From an uncultured bacterium (GTDB taxonomy: Bacteria; Oederibacteriota; PGYV01; CAILUR01): 32,681 bases of DNA. Below the pieces are notes generated by a model. The model was not told the DNA's origin. It saw nothing but the letters and a program-made list of their open reading frames with translations, and did not search any database. The DNA lies in assembly GCA_903837445.1 (NCBI GenBank), contig CAILUR010000047.1:1-32681 (forward strand), written 5' to 3'. The first letter of the stretch is position 1. Each line of letters opens with the position of its first letter. A program made the position numbers and the translations under genes. Of this stretch, positions 25,298-32,681 are shown one piece after another.

Positions 25298-28200
25298 TTA
25301 AACTTTTACGGTTTCTTTCACCGGAGATTTTTTTCCTTGTTTTTCAGCCACTCTTCCTGCCTGTAAACAAAAACTTTCAAACCGCGCTTCCAACAATTGC
25401 GGATAAGGATTGCCATCCGCTTCTATAGTTAAAAACGGCATTCTGTCATTTTCTTTAAACCCCAGGTCTTTGAGCTTCATTCCCGCTTTATCATAAGCTT
25501 CCATTTGACTCTTATAATCCAAATTGTTAGCAGCTATGCCTTCGGTATATCTGACAGGCATACAAGAGAATGGGCCTATATTCACTACTCCAGCATACTT
25601 TGTAAAGACATCTCTAAGCGTGACTCCCAAAATCATTCCGGGCTCACCTTTTAAAGATTTAGGCAGTATGTGTTCTGAATATTTTACTATATCATCAATG
25701 TCCACGGCTTCCGCCACATACAGGTCTGATTTTTCCAGCAGTTTTTTTATTTTAAGTTCTATATGCCTTTGCGTCACATCAGTGACTACAAACTCTAACC
25801 AGCCCAGCATAGTGTATTCAGGAATATGCAATTTGTTTTTTATCATATAGGTCAGATAATACAGCCACTCAGAAATATGTGCTGTCCTTGCCACGAACCC
25901 TTTTTCCGCCAACCGCTTGGCTATGCTTTTATTTGAGAAAGCATCTCTGCGGACAAATATCTCTCCCATAATAGACACTTCTGGAGCATCGTGTAATTTC
26001 ATTTTCAGCGGAATTTCTTTAAGCACTTTGGCAGACCTTTTCAACTGCTCGTAAAATTTAATTTCCGATGACCCATCCAACGCGGCTACTATTTTCTCGC
26101 GTTCTTTATCCAGCACTTTTTCTCCAGCTTTTGGGTCCTGTGCCAATGTCCAGATAGAATTGCGAATATCATCCAGCACATCTCCTGTCACAAGCGCGCG
26201 CCACGCGTCTATCATAAGCGATGGCCCAAAGCCAGTATAGCGCTCTTCGTTTGCGAGAGAAATTATTGCCACATTTTCAAGTTTTCTTTCTTTTATAAGC
26301 ATATTCATAAACACATGGTATTGCCCGAGCCGGCAATAGCCCGCGGCTTTCGGTTGAAACACTATGAGCTTTTCATTATTATCCTTACGGTTTTCAAGAT
26401 ATTTTAACATAGACCCTATGCACAAAATCATAGGCAAGCATTCTTTCCCTGTAGTCACAGCGCGCCCAAGCCTTAGCGTCTCTTTATCAGAGACAGTATT
26501 GGCTTCTGCTCTCACTCCCGCTTTTCTAAACCCCGCGGCGACAAGTTCAGTTTGAAAATCCCCCATATTTGGAATTATCATTTTTACACTCGGGTCTGTA
26601 ATTTTTGTTTTTACGCCTTTTGAGTCCACAAAAAATATTCCGGTCTCTTCCACAGCCACGCGCGCTGGCACATAAGCGCTGTGCACTACAGCGGTCGCTG
26701 TCTTTCTTATTTCAATATAATTTTTTACCACATCAATAAACGCTTCTACTCTGGTGTCCACTCCCGCATCCGCTGTGTGTCCATCAATTTCAAGGGTGAG
26801 CGAGGGTTTATCTTTCATAATGCGTCTGAAGTAAGTGACCATTACCGAGTCAATCGCACATAAGAAATTAGTTATATACATTCCAAAAAGTTGATTATCT
26901 TTTTTAACTATCTGGGAGGCCTTTATCATTTTCTGCCCGATTTCCCAGTGCATATATTCATCGTGTGGGGGTTCCACTATTTCATATTCCAAAGGCAACA
27001 TATCAAAAGGAATTATGGAATAGCCGCGTGAAGTAAGTTTCTTCGGAATCCCTTTGTTGGTATCATCGTTAAACGCATTATGCGGCGCTCCAAAAAGCAC
27101 CACAGCTGTCCTTTCAGGATGTTTGTGAAGCTCTGTTAAAAACTGTTTGCCGAGCTCTTTTTTCTCATTATAAAATTCGCTCTGAGCCTTGACTGCTTTG
27201 TCAAAAGCCGCAGCTGTCTTTTCCCTATCAAACCCTATTTTTATTCCTATTTTTATAAAGGCCTCTTTTTCCGCTTCCACGCCTTTTGCAAAATTAAGAG
27301 TAGGATTAATGACTTTCTTTTCCAAGCCCTTGCCTTTAAATACCTGTTTCATAGTAAACGCTTCGCCTTGCGTAAAAATACAAGTGGCGGAAAACTCTTT
27401 TCTTGTGGCGCCATTTTCCACATGCATTTCTTCCACATGCGGCATAAAAATATAATCTGGATTTTTTTCTATCAGGTTGCTAAAGAGTGCTAAAGAAATT
27501 TGGGCAGGATAGCAAAACGAAGTGGTCTGCATATGTAAAGCATCCGCATTCATTTCTTCTGCAGTGACAATCTCACACCCCAAATGCGCAAAGAAGTTGT
27601 AGTAAAGGGGAAACATTTGTATCGCTATAAAGGATTTATTTATCCCTATGCGTGGAGCTTTTTTAGATATGGGAAGCGCTGGGCAATATTTTCCAAAAGC
27701 CAATTCGTTTCTTTTTACCACATAGTCCAAATCATCTTGGTCCACTTCTATTTTAAATCTCTGATTATAATACTTGTTGCAAGCGCCACCAAAAGGATAG
27801 GCCTTGCCTTCTATTTTTATCATATTGATTTTACATTTCAAATCACATTTTTCTTTGCCACCATTACATATGAAAGGTTTTTCATTTATTACTTCTCTTT
27901 TTATCAGTTCGCTCAAATCATATTTTTCTTCAGTGAGCAGTCCGAGCGCTAACCTTTTTTTTATTTCAAGCGCCACTCCAAAAGCTCCCATAAGTCCTGG
28001 ATCTGGCGGCACCACTATAGGTTTTTTCAAAATTGCTGCCATTGCGAGAGGTACTGCCTTGTTATAACAGACGCCCCCCTGCATAAAAACTTTTGCGCCA
28101 ACAGGTCTGTGCCCTTTTACTCGATTGACATAATTAAAACAAATGGAATAGACCAGCCCTGCGAGAATATCTTCAGTGCTTATGCCCTCGTGGCTAGCAT

Positions 28201-29620
28201 TTTTTATATCTGAAGAAATAAATGCCGCGCACTGATCGTTAAAATTAGGCGGTTTTTTTGCCAGGATTGCCCTGTCAGCTATCTCCGTGTAATCCACGCC
28301 AAGCGACTCATACGCTGCTTCTTCCAAAAAGGAACCTGTGCCTGCCGAACACGCTTCGTTCATTGCGTAATCAGAGGCGACTCCAGCGGTAATGTGAGTA
28401 TATTTTGCGTCCTGCCCGCCTATTTCAAAAATCGTGTCCACTTCAGTATCAAAATACACTGCCGCAGAAGCGTGCGCTATTATTTCATTTATTATGCCTA
28501 CGGTCAAAGAATAAAGCCCGGCAATCTGTCTGCCCGACCCTGTGACGCCTATGCCAGAAATATTTACTGGAGTAGTGCCGATATCTTTGAGGAGACTTAT
28601 GTAGCAGTTACGGGAAGCTTCCACAGGATTTCCGTTAGTACGCAAATATATGGAAGAAAGAATTTTATCATCACTGAGCCGCAAGAGCACTGCTTTCGTA
28701 GTGGTAGAACCCACATCCAAACCTATCACACATTTATCGTGAGCTTTGAGCACGCCTCTTTCGTTCTCTCTGAAAGTAACCAGCTTCTCAGCTGATTTCA
28801 AAGACTCCAAAGTGGCAAAACTTGTCATCCCTTCGTTAAAAAGTTCTTCAGTTATCTTCGCGCCTTTTTCAAAAGCGGCAATCGCTGCGCCAAGGGCTTC
28901 AAAATACGGAGCTTCTTCAGGCACAGTGATATTTTTTATTTTTTTCTTTACATCTTTTATGACTGCTTTATTTTTAGCAGTCCCGCCAGTAATAAGCACA
29001 TTTTCGTGTGGCACTTTCATTACCAGTTCTACTATTTTCTCGCCTATCATTTCGCATAAACCCGCTGTCACATTTGAAACAGGCACTCCTTTGTTGAGCG
29101 CGTGCGTACAATCGGATTTACAAAATACAGAACACCTGCCCGATACACCATAGGGTTCTCCAGTCACAGCCGCTTCCACGGCTTCTTCTATTGACAGGTC
29201 CATTCTTTTTATCTGTTGTAAAAAGAAATCCCCTGTACCTGAGGCGCATTTATTTCCAGTAGAGATACCTGTCACTTTTAAATTATGGTCCAATCTGTAA
29301 ACTATAAAGGTCTCGCCACCAGCAGAAACTACGGCATCATATTTCTCACCTTTTGCGACAAAAGAAAGCGCCGCTTCCACAGCTTCTGGTTCTGTTATGG
29401 ATGGCACATTTACAAATTCGCGAAAGCGTCTGCCTGTGACCAACACTTTATGATTAGTAGGATTAAGTTCTCTGACCACTTCAGCAAAAATTGCCTTGGG
29501 GTTTCCGTCGTGCTCTTTTCTGATAATTCTTTCAATATGGTAGGTCTCATCTTTTTTTGTGAGTTCTACAGCGCTTATAGTTGAGGCGCCCAAGCAAATA
29601 CCAAAAGCTTTTTTATTCAT
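25298..29620 (-). CDS. Fusion protein: two BadF/BadG/BcrA/BcrD-type (2-hydroxyacyl-CoA dehydratase activator-like) ATPase modules + DUF2229/dehydratase-component-like C-terminal region (1440 aa)
   Basis: AGGAGA lies 7 nt upstream of the ATG. Module 1 (aa ~1-255) has GNKCASGTGDFF, GRCSVFCKSD, ITGGTAKN. Module 2 (aa ~295-560) has GLDVGSTTTK, EIGGQDAKY, NEACSAGTGSF, DQCAAFISSD, MQGGVCYN. The C-terminal ~880 aa carries recurrent Cys motifs (CNGGKEKCDLKC, TSFCYPAQ, GKECLPMILC, AAGYCRLGQY, GPFSCMPV). Confidence 0.85.
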   Translation of the reverse strand: MNKKAFGICLGASTISAVELTKKDETYHIERIIRKEHDGNPKAIFAEVVRELNPTNHKVLVTGRRFREFVNVPSITEPEAVEAALSFVAKGEKYDAVVSAGGETFIVYRLDHNLKVTGISTGNKCASGTGDFFLQQIKRMDLSIEEAVEAAVTGEPYGVSGRCSVFCKSDCTHALNKGVPVSNVTAGLCEMIGEKIVELVMKVPHENVLITGGTAKNKAVIKDVKKKIKNITVPEEAPYFEALGAAIAAFEKGAKITEELFNEGMTSFATLESLKSAEKLVTFRENERGVLKAHDKCVIGLDVGSTTTKAVLLRLSDDKILSSIYLRTNGNPVEASRNCYISLLKDIGTTPVNISGIGVTGSGRQIAGLYSLTVGIINEIIAHASAAVYFDTEVDTIFEIGGQDAKYTHITAGVASDYAMNEACSAGTGSFLEEAAYESLGVDYTEIADRAILAKKPPNFNDQCAAFISSDIKNASHEGISTEDILAGLVYSICFNYVNRVKGHRPVGAKVFMQGGVCYNKAVPLAMAAILKKPIVVPPDPGLMGAFGVALEIKKRLALGLLTEEKYDLSELIKREVINEKPFICNGGKEKCDLKCKINMIKIEGKAYPFGGACNKYYNQRFKIEVDQDDLDYVVKRNELAFGKYCPALPISKKAPRIGINKSFIAIQMFPLYYNFFAHLGCEIVTAEEMNADALHMQTTSFCYPAQISLALFSNLIEKNPDYIFMPHVEEMHVENGATRKEFSATCIFTQGEAFTMKQVFKGKGLEKKVINPTLNFAKGVEAEKEAFIKIGIKIGFDREKTAAAFDKAVKAQSEFYNEKKELGKQFLTELHKHPERTAVVLFGAPHNAFNDDTNKGIPKKLTSRGYSIIPFDMLPLEYEIVEPPHDEYMHWEIGQKMIKASQIVKKDNQLFGMYITNFLCAIDSVMVTYFRRIMKDKPSLTLEIDGHTADAGVDTRVEAFIDVVKNYIEIRKTATAVVHSAYVPARVAVEETGIFFVDSKGVKTKITDPSVKMIIPNMGDFQTELVAAGFRKAGVRAEANTVSDKETLRLGRAVTTGKECLPMILCIGSMLKYLENRKDNNEKLIVFQPKAAGYCRLGQYHVFMNMLIKERKLENVAIISLANEERYTGFGPSLMIDAWRALVTGDVLDDIRNSIWTLAQDPKAGEKVLDKEREKIVAALDGSSEIKFYEQLKRSAKVLKEIPLKMKLHDAPEVSIMGEIFVRRDAFSNKSIAKRLAEKGFVARTAHISEWLYYLTYMIKNKLHIPEYTMLGWLEFVVTDVTQRHIELKIKKLLEKSDLYVAEAVDIDDIVKYSEHILPKSLKGEPGMILGVTLRDVFTKYAGVVNIGPFSCMPVRYTEGIAANNLDYKSQMEAYDKAGMKLKDLGFKENDRMPFLTIEADGNPYPQLLEARFESFCLQAGRVAEKQGKKSPVKETVKV

Positions 29621-29813
29621 ATGTTTGTCTCCTAAAGGAATAAAATATGATTTTTAAAATATCATTTGAATATATTACTCTAAAATGCCACCGCTGACAA
29701 GTATTTTTAATAGAAAATCCGTTTTCCCCCATATTTTTATGGGTAAATTTTATGTTTTGACTTTTTTATGAGTGTAGTTTACAATTATCAAATGTTTCAC
29801 CAAGGAGAACACT

Positions 29814-31700
29814 TTGATACCTGAGAAAGAATACGACATAATAGTGATAGGCGCAGGACACGCTGGTGTAGAAGCCGCGCTTGCCGCTTCCCGTATGGGA
29901 ATGCACACAGCGCTTTTCACCATTGATATGGATAAGATAGCCCATATGTCCTGCAACCCTGCCATAGGCGGTCTTGCAAAAGGCCAGTTGGTCAGGGAAA
30001 TTGATGCCCTCGGCGGAGAAATGGCACTTGCCACAGACGCCACTGGGATTCAATTTAAAATGTTAAATGCCCGCAAGGGGCCAGCTGTCCGTGCCCTTCG
30101 CGCTCAGGCTGATAAGAAAGCATATTCGGCCTATATGACCACTGCAGTAGAAAATCAAGCGCACCTTGATGTAAAAATGGCTATGATAGAAAAAATAACA
30201 ATGTCTGATAATCGGGTGGACGGCGTGCTCACTCAGACCGGCACTTTTTTCAAAGCCAAAGCCGTGATAGTCGCTACAGGTACTTTTTTAAATGGAACTA
30301 TTTTTATCGGCTTACAAGCTTTCCCTGGAGGCAGGTCAGGAGATATGCCTTCAGTAAAGCTCTCTGCGTCCCTGCAAGCACTCGGTTTAAAAATAGGACG
30401 GTTGAAGACAGGCACTAATCCACGGGTGGATAAAAAGACTCTTGATTTTTCAAAATTCATACCACAACCAGGCGATGCTATCCCTGTGCCTTTTTCTTTT
30501 TCAAACAAAATAATATCCCAACCACAAATGCTCTGCTATATGGCAAGAACAAATCTTGCCACGCATAAAATAATTACCGATAACCTTGACAAGTCCCCGC
30601 TTTACAGCAAAACAAATAAAATGATAACAGGCATTGGCCCACGCTACTGTCCTTCTATTGAAGATAAAGTAGTCAAGTTCAGTGAAAAAACATCTCACCA
30701 AATTTATATAGAACCTGAAGGTCGCGATACAAACGAAATGTATTTAAATGGTTTATCCACTTCCCTACCACGCGAAGTGCAGCTCGCTTATATAAGGTCT
30801 ATTGAGGGTTTTGAAAAAGCAGAAATAATGCGCCCGGGCTACGGCATAGAATATGATTTTGTCCCACCCTCACAAATAAATCACACTCTGGAATGTAGAA
30901 CTCTTCCTGGCTTATTTTTAGCAGGTCAGATAAACGGCACCTCTGGTTATGAAGAAGCCGCAGCGCAAGGTCTAGTGGCAGGAATAAACGCCGTAAAGAA
31001 AATACGCGGAGAAGCGCCTTTTCTTCCAGATCGTTCCGAAGGCTATATAGGCGTTATGTTGGATGATTTGGTCACAAAAGAACTGGAAGAACCTTATCGT
31101 TTATTTTCCTCGCGCGCCGAATATCGTTTGATTTTAAGAAATGATAATGCTGACATAAGGCTTATGGCATATGGCAAGAGCTTTGGTCTGGTGAGCGATG
31201 AAAGTTATAATAGAATGTTGCGTAAAAAAGATTTTTTTGCCACTCAATCAAAATTATTTGAAAACACTTGGCTCAAACCAGATGCTGTTATCAATAATAT
31301 GCTGTCCTCCATAGGTTCAGCAGAGCTCACTGCCCCTGTCACAGCAACACAACTTTTGAAAAGACCTGAGGTTTTTTATTCCGACATAAAAAAAATCCTC
31401 CCTATGGCAGAGACACAGCCCGAGGACTTTGAAGAATATTTTGAAACGAGTGTAAAATACGAGGGCTATATAAAAAACCAATATGATTTGATAGAAAGGT
31501 TCAAAAAACTCGAGACCAGACAAATTCCCGCCACATTTGATTACTCAAAATATAGTGGGTTTTCAAAAGAAGCGGTTGAAAAATTAGTAAAACTGCGTCC
31601 CCCCACTATAGGAATCGCCTCCAGAATTCAAGGCGTGTCCCCAGCAGACTTATCAGTCCTACTAATTTTAATGGAAAAAGAAGACCGTCCCGACAAATAA
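29814..31700 (+). CDS. mnmG: tRNA uridine 5-carboxymethylaminomethyl modification enzyme MnmG (GidA)
   Basis: TTG start with AAGGAGAA upstream. Contains the FAD fold DIIVIGAGHAGVEAALAASRMG. At 628 aa, with family-typical motifs throughout (GQINGTSGYEEAAAQG). Confidence 0.95.
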   Translation: MIPEKEYDIIVIGAGHAGVEAALAASRMGMHTALFTIDMDKIAHMSCNPAIGGLAKGQLVREIDALGGEMALATDATGIQFKMLNARKGPAVRALRAQADKKAYSAYMTTAVENQAHLDVKMAMIEKITMSDNRVDGVLTQTGTFFKAKAVIVATGTFLNGTIFIGLQAFPGGRSGDMPSVKLSASLQALGLKIGRLKTGTNPRVDKKTLDFSKFIPQPGDAIPVPFSFSNKIISQPQMLCYMARTNLATHKIITDNLDKSPLYSKTNKMITGIGPRYCPSIEDKVVKFSEKTSHQIYIEPEGRDTNEMYLNGLSTSLPREVQLAYIRSIEGFEKAEIMRPGYGIEYDFVPPSQINHTLECRTLPGLFLAGQINGTSGYEEAAAQGLVAGINAVKKIRGEAPFLPDRSEGYIGVMLDDLVTKELEEPYRLFSSRAEYRLILRNDNADIRLMAYGKSFGLVSDESYNRMLRKKDFFATQSKLFENTWLKPDAVINNMLSSIGSAELTAPVTATQLLKRPEVFYSDIKKILPMAETQPEDFEEYFETSVKYEGYIKNQYDLIERFKKLETRQIPATFDYSKYSGFSKEAVEKLVKLRPPTIGIASRIQGVSPADLSVLLILMEKEDRPDK

Positions 31701-31702
31701 TG

Positions 31703-31731
31703 TTGACACATGTTATACCTGTTGCTATAAT
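31703..31731 (+). promoter_or_regulatory. Consensus sigma70 promoter for the tRNA genes
   Basis: TTGACA (31703-31708), a 17-nt spacer, then TATAAT (31726-31731). Both hexamers are perfect. It lies 36 nt upstream of tRNA-Leu. Confidence 0.65.
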
Positions 31732-31767
31732 ATGCCCTGTTTTCAAGTGTTCTTTTTAATTAGCTGC

Positions 31768-31856
31768 GCCGGGGTGGCGAAATGGCAGACGCAGCGGACT
31801 TAAAATCCGCAGGGCCTTACCCGCCCATGTCGGTTCGAGTCCGACCCTCGGCACCA
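31768..31856 (+). tRNA. tRNA-Leu (anticodon UAA), class II with long variable arm, CCA encoded
   Basis: Acceptor stem GCCGGGG/CCTCGGC with one G-T pair. Anticodon stem-loop GCGGA-CTTAAAA-TCCGC. Variable arm GGGC...GCCC. T-arm GTCGG-TTCGAGT-CCGAC. Discriminator A followed by CCA. Confidence 0.9.
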
Positions 31857-31914
31857 AGAATTTTTTTCCCTGCTTCAGTCACTTATCAAAAGCAGAATAT
31901 CAAATAACAAAAGA

Positions 31915-31989
<75 letters not shown>

Positions 31990-31998
31990 ATAAAAAAA

Positions 31999-32030
31999 GG
32001 TCGGCAGAAATGCCGACCTTTTTGTTTTTT
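31999..32030. terminator. Bidirectional intrinsic terminator between the tRNA genes and ftsB
   Basis: GGTCGGCA-GAAA-TGCCGACC is a perfect 8-bp GC-rich stem. It is flanked by AAAAAAA on the 5' side and TTTTTGTTTTTT on the 3' side. It sits between convergent transcription units. Confidence 0.7.
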
Positions 32031-32045
32031 ATTTTCAAAAATAAT

Positions 32046-32324
32046 TTATTTCTTCTTCTTTCCATCCGTGATTACAAAGACTGTTTCTCCGTCTTTTACA
32101 AGTCCCAGTTTTTGTCTTGCCACATCTTCCACATATCCAGCATCATTATATATTGTCTGTTTTCTTAATTCGCCTTTTGAAATATCTTGTTTCAGGGTTT
32201 GGATGTCTTTAAGTAAGGCATTTTTTTTCAAAGTAACCGTTACTAACTCAAATAAAATCTTAAAAAACAAAAAAGCAAAAACTGCCCCAACAATGCCCAC
32301 CACAATTTTCGTCCCTTTTTTCAT
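32046..32324 (-). CDS. ftsB: Septum formation initiator family protein (FtsB/DivIC-like)
   Basis: 92 aa. GAGGAA lies 6 nt upstream of the ATG. It has one N-terminal TM helix (IVVGIVGAVFAFLFF), a coiled-coil segment, and the C-terminal VARQKLGLVKDGETVF motif. Confidence 0.7.
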   Translation of the reverse strand: MKKGTKIVVGIVGAVFAFLFFKILFELVTVTLKKNALLKDIQTLKQDISKGELRKQTIYNDAGYVEDVARQKLGLVKDGETVFVITDGKKKK

Positions 32325-32334
32325 ATAGTTTTCC

Positions 32335-32681
32335 TCATTTCGCGTCCCACGGTTTAAAGATGCCCGAAAGTTTTCTTACATCCCAGATTTCTTTTAGAGA
32401 TTCTGTCACCCCGTGCTTTTCATATACCAGCAGAGTGGCATTCATTTGAAAAACATGGATGAGACTGTAGTTTACAAAAGGCAGTCCAAAAGCTGGAAAG
32501 AGTGTCAGGATAGCGGTCACACTGTCCACTGCGCCACCGCCTCTTATCATTACTACCGCTGGATAAAATAGCAGATTTATATAGGCAAAAAGAATAAGGA
32601 GCATAATGGAAGAGAACGGCGTAGACATTACCATTAAAGCCGCTTTTTTATATGAAATCAGTATCCTTTTTTTCTCGTCCA
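32335..32681 (-). CDS. Integral membrane protein, C-terminal fragment (gene runs off the right edge)
   Basis: The frame stays open upstream of the track's Met to the window end (...DEKKRILISYKKAALMVMSTPF...). The sequence has hydrophobic helices, and its TGA lies 10 nt before the ftsB start. I do not recognise the family. Confidence 0.45.
   Translation of the reverse strand, partial: DEKKRILISYKKAALMVMSTPFSSIMLLILFAYINLLFYPAVVMIRGGGAVDSVTAILTLFPAFGLPFVNYSLIHVFQMNATLLVYEKHGVTESLKEIWDVRKLSGIFKPWDAK

Noticed and set aside
29728-29743. Hairpin CCCATA-TTTT-TATGGG in the mnmG upstream region.
   Set aside because: It is a 6-bp AT-rich stem, is not downstream of any gene it could terminate, and has no flanking conservation evidence. 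It is likely chance in AT-rich DNA.
29621-29813. AT-rich divergent region next to mnmG (gidA) as a possible replication origin.
   Set aside because: There are no TTATCCACA-type DnaA boxes in the region, only isolated near-matches inside coding sequence at about 8934 and 30745. dnaA, dnaN and rsmG are not nearby. The region is adequately explained by two divergent promoters.

Overview
This is a 32.7-kb, moderately AT-rich, densely coding bacterial chromosomal window with about 31 protein genes and 2 tRNAs. I see no rRNA, CRISPR array, transposase or integrase. The gene content (indolepyruvate:ferredoxin oxidoreductase, BadF/BcrA-type ATPase fusion, split transketolase, MetF, RuBisCO-like protein) points to an anaerobe. 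FtsB, a DksA-like protein, lipoproteins and a beta-barrel-like protein suggest a diderm. I cannot assign a taxon. Left part: a DUF360 fragment, rsmD, a dksA-like gene, speH and nth, then a compact tktN-tktC-RLP (form IV RuBisCO-like) operon. Two long minus-strand runs follow: metF-crcB-DUF190-amidohydrolase-lipoprotein, and iorB-paaK-ACT-iorA-Gfo/Idh/MocA-small lipoprotein. The centre (14.4-24.3 kb) is an island of five signal-peptide proteins. Two are tandem GH18 (chitinase-family) paralogues with a CBM-like domain, a 250-285-aa Thr-rich stalk and a T9SS-like C-terminal domain; their 3' ~750 bp are near-identical while the catalytic halves are diverged. The other three are an orphan lipoprotein, an orphan beta-barrel-like protein, and a divergently transcribed orphan protein with the same stalk and tail design. 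Right part: rlmN, a 1440-aa double BadF/BcrA-type ATPase + DUF2229 fusion, mnmG, a tRNA-Leu(UAA)/initiator tRNA-Met pair behind a perfect consensus sigma70 promoter, ftsB, and a membrane-protein fragment. The best candidates for undescribed biology are the secretome island, the TK-TK-RLP module, and the giant ATPase fusion, whose first ATP site looks degenerate. All family assignments come from motif recognition by eye; no searches were run.
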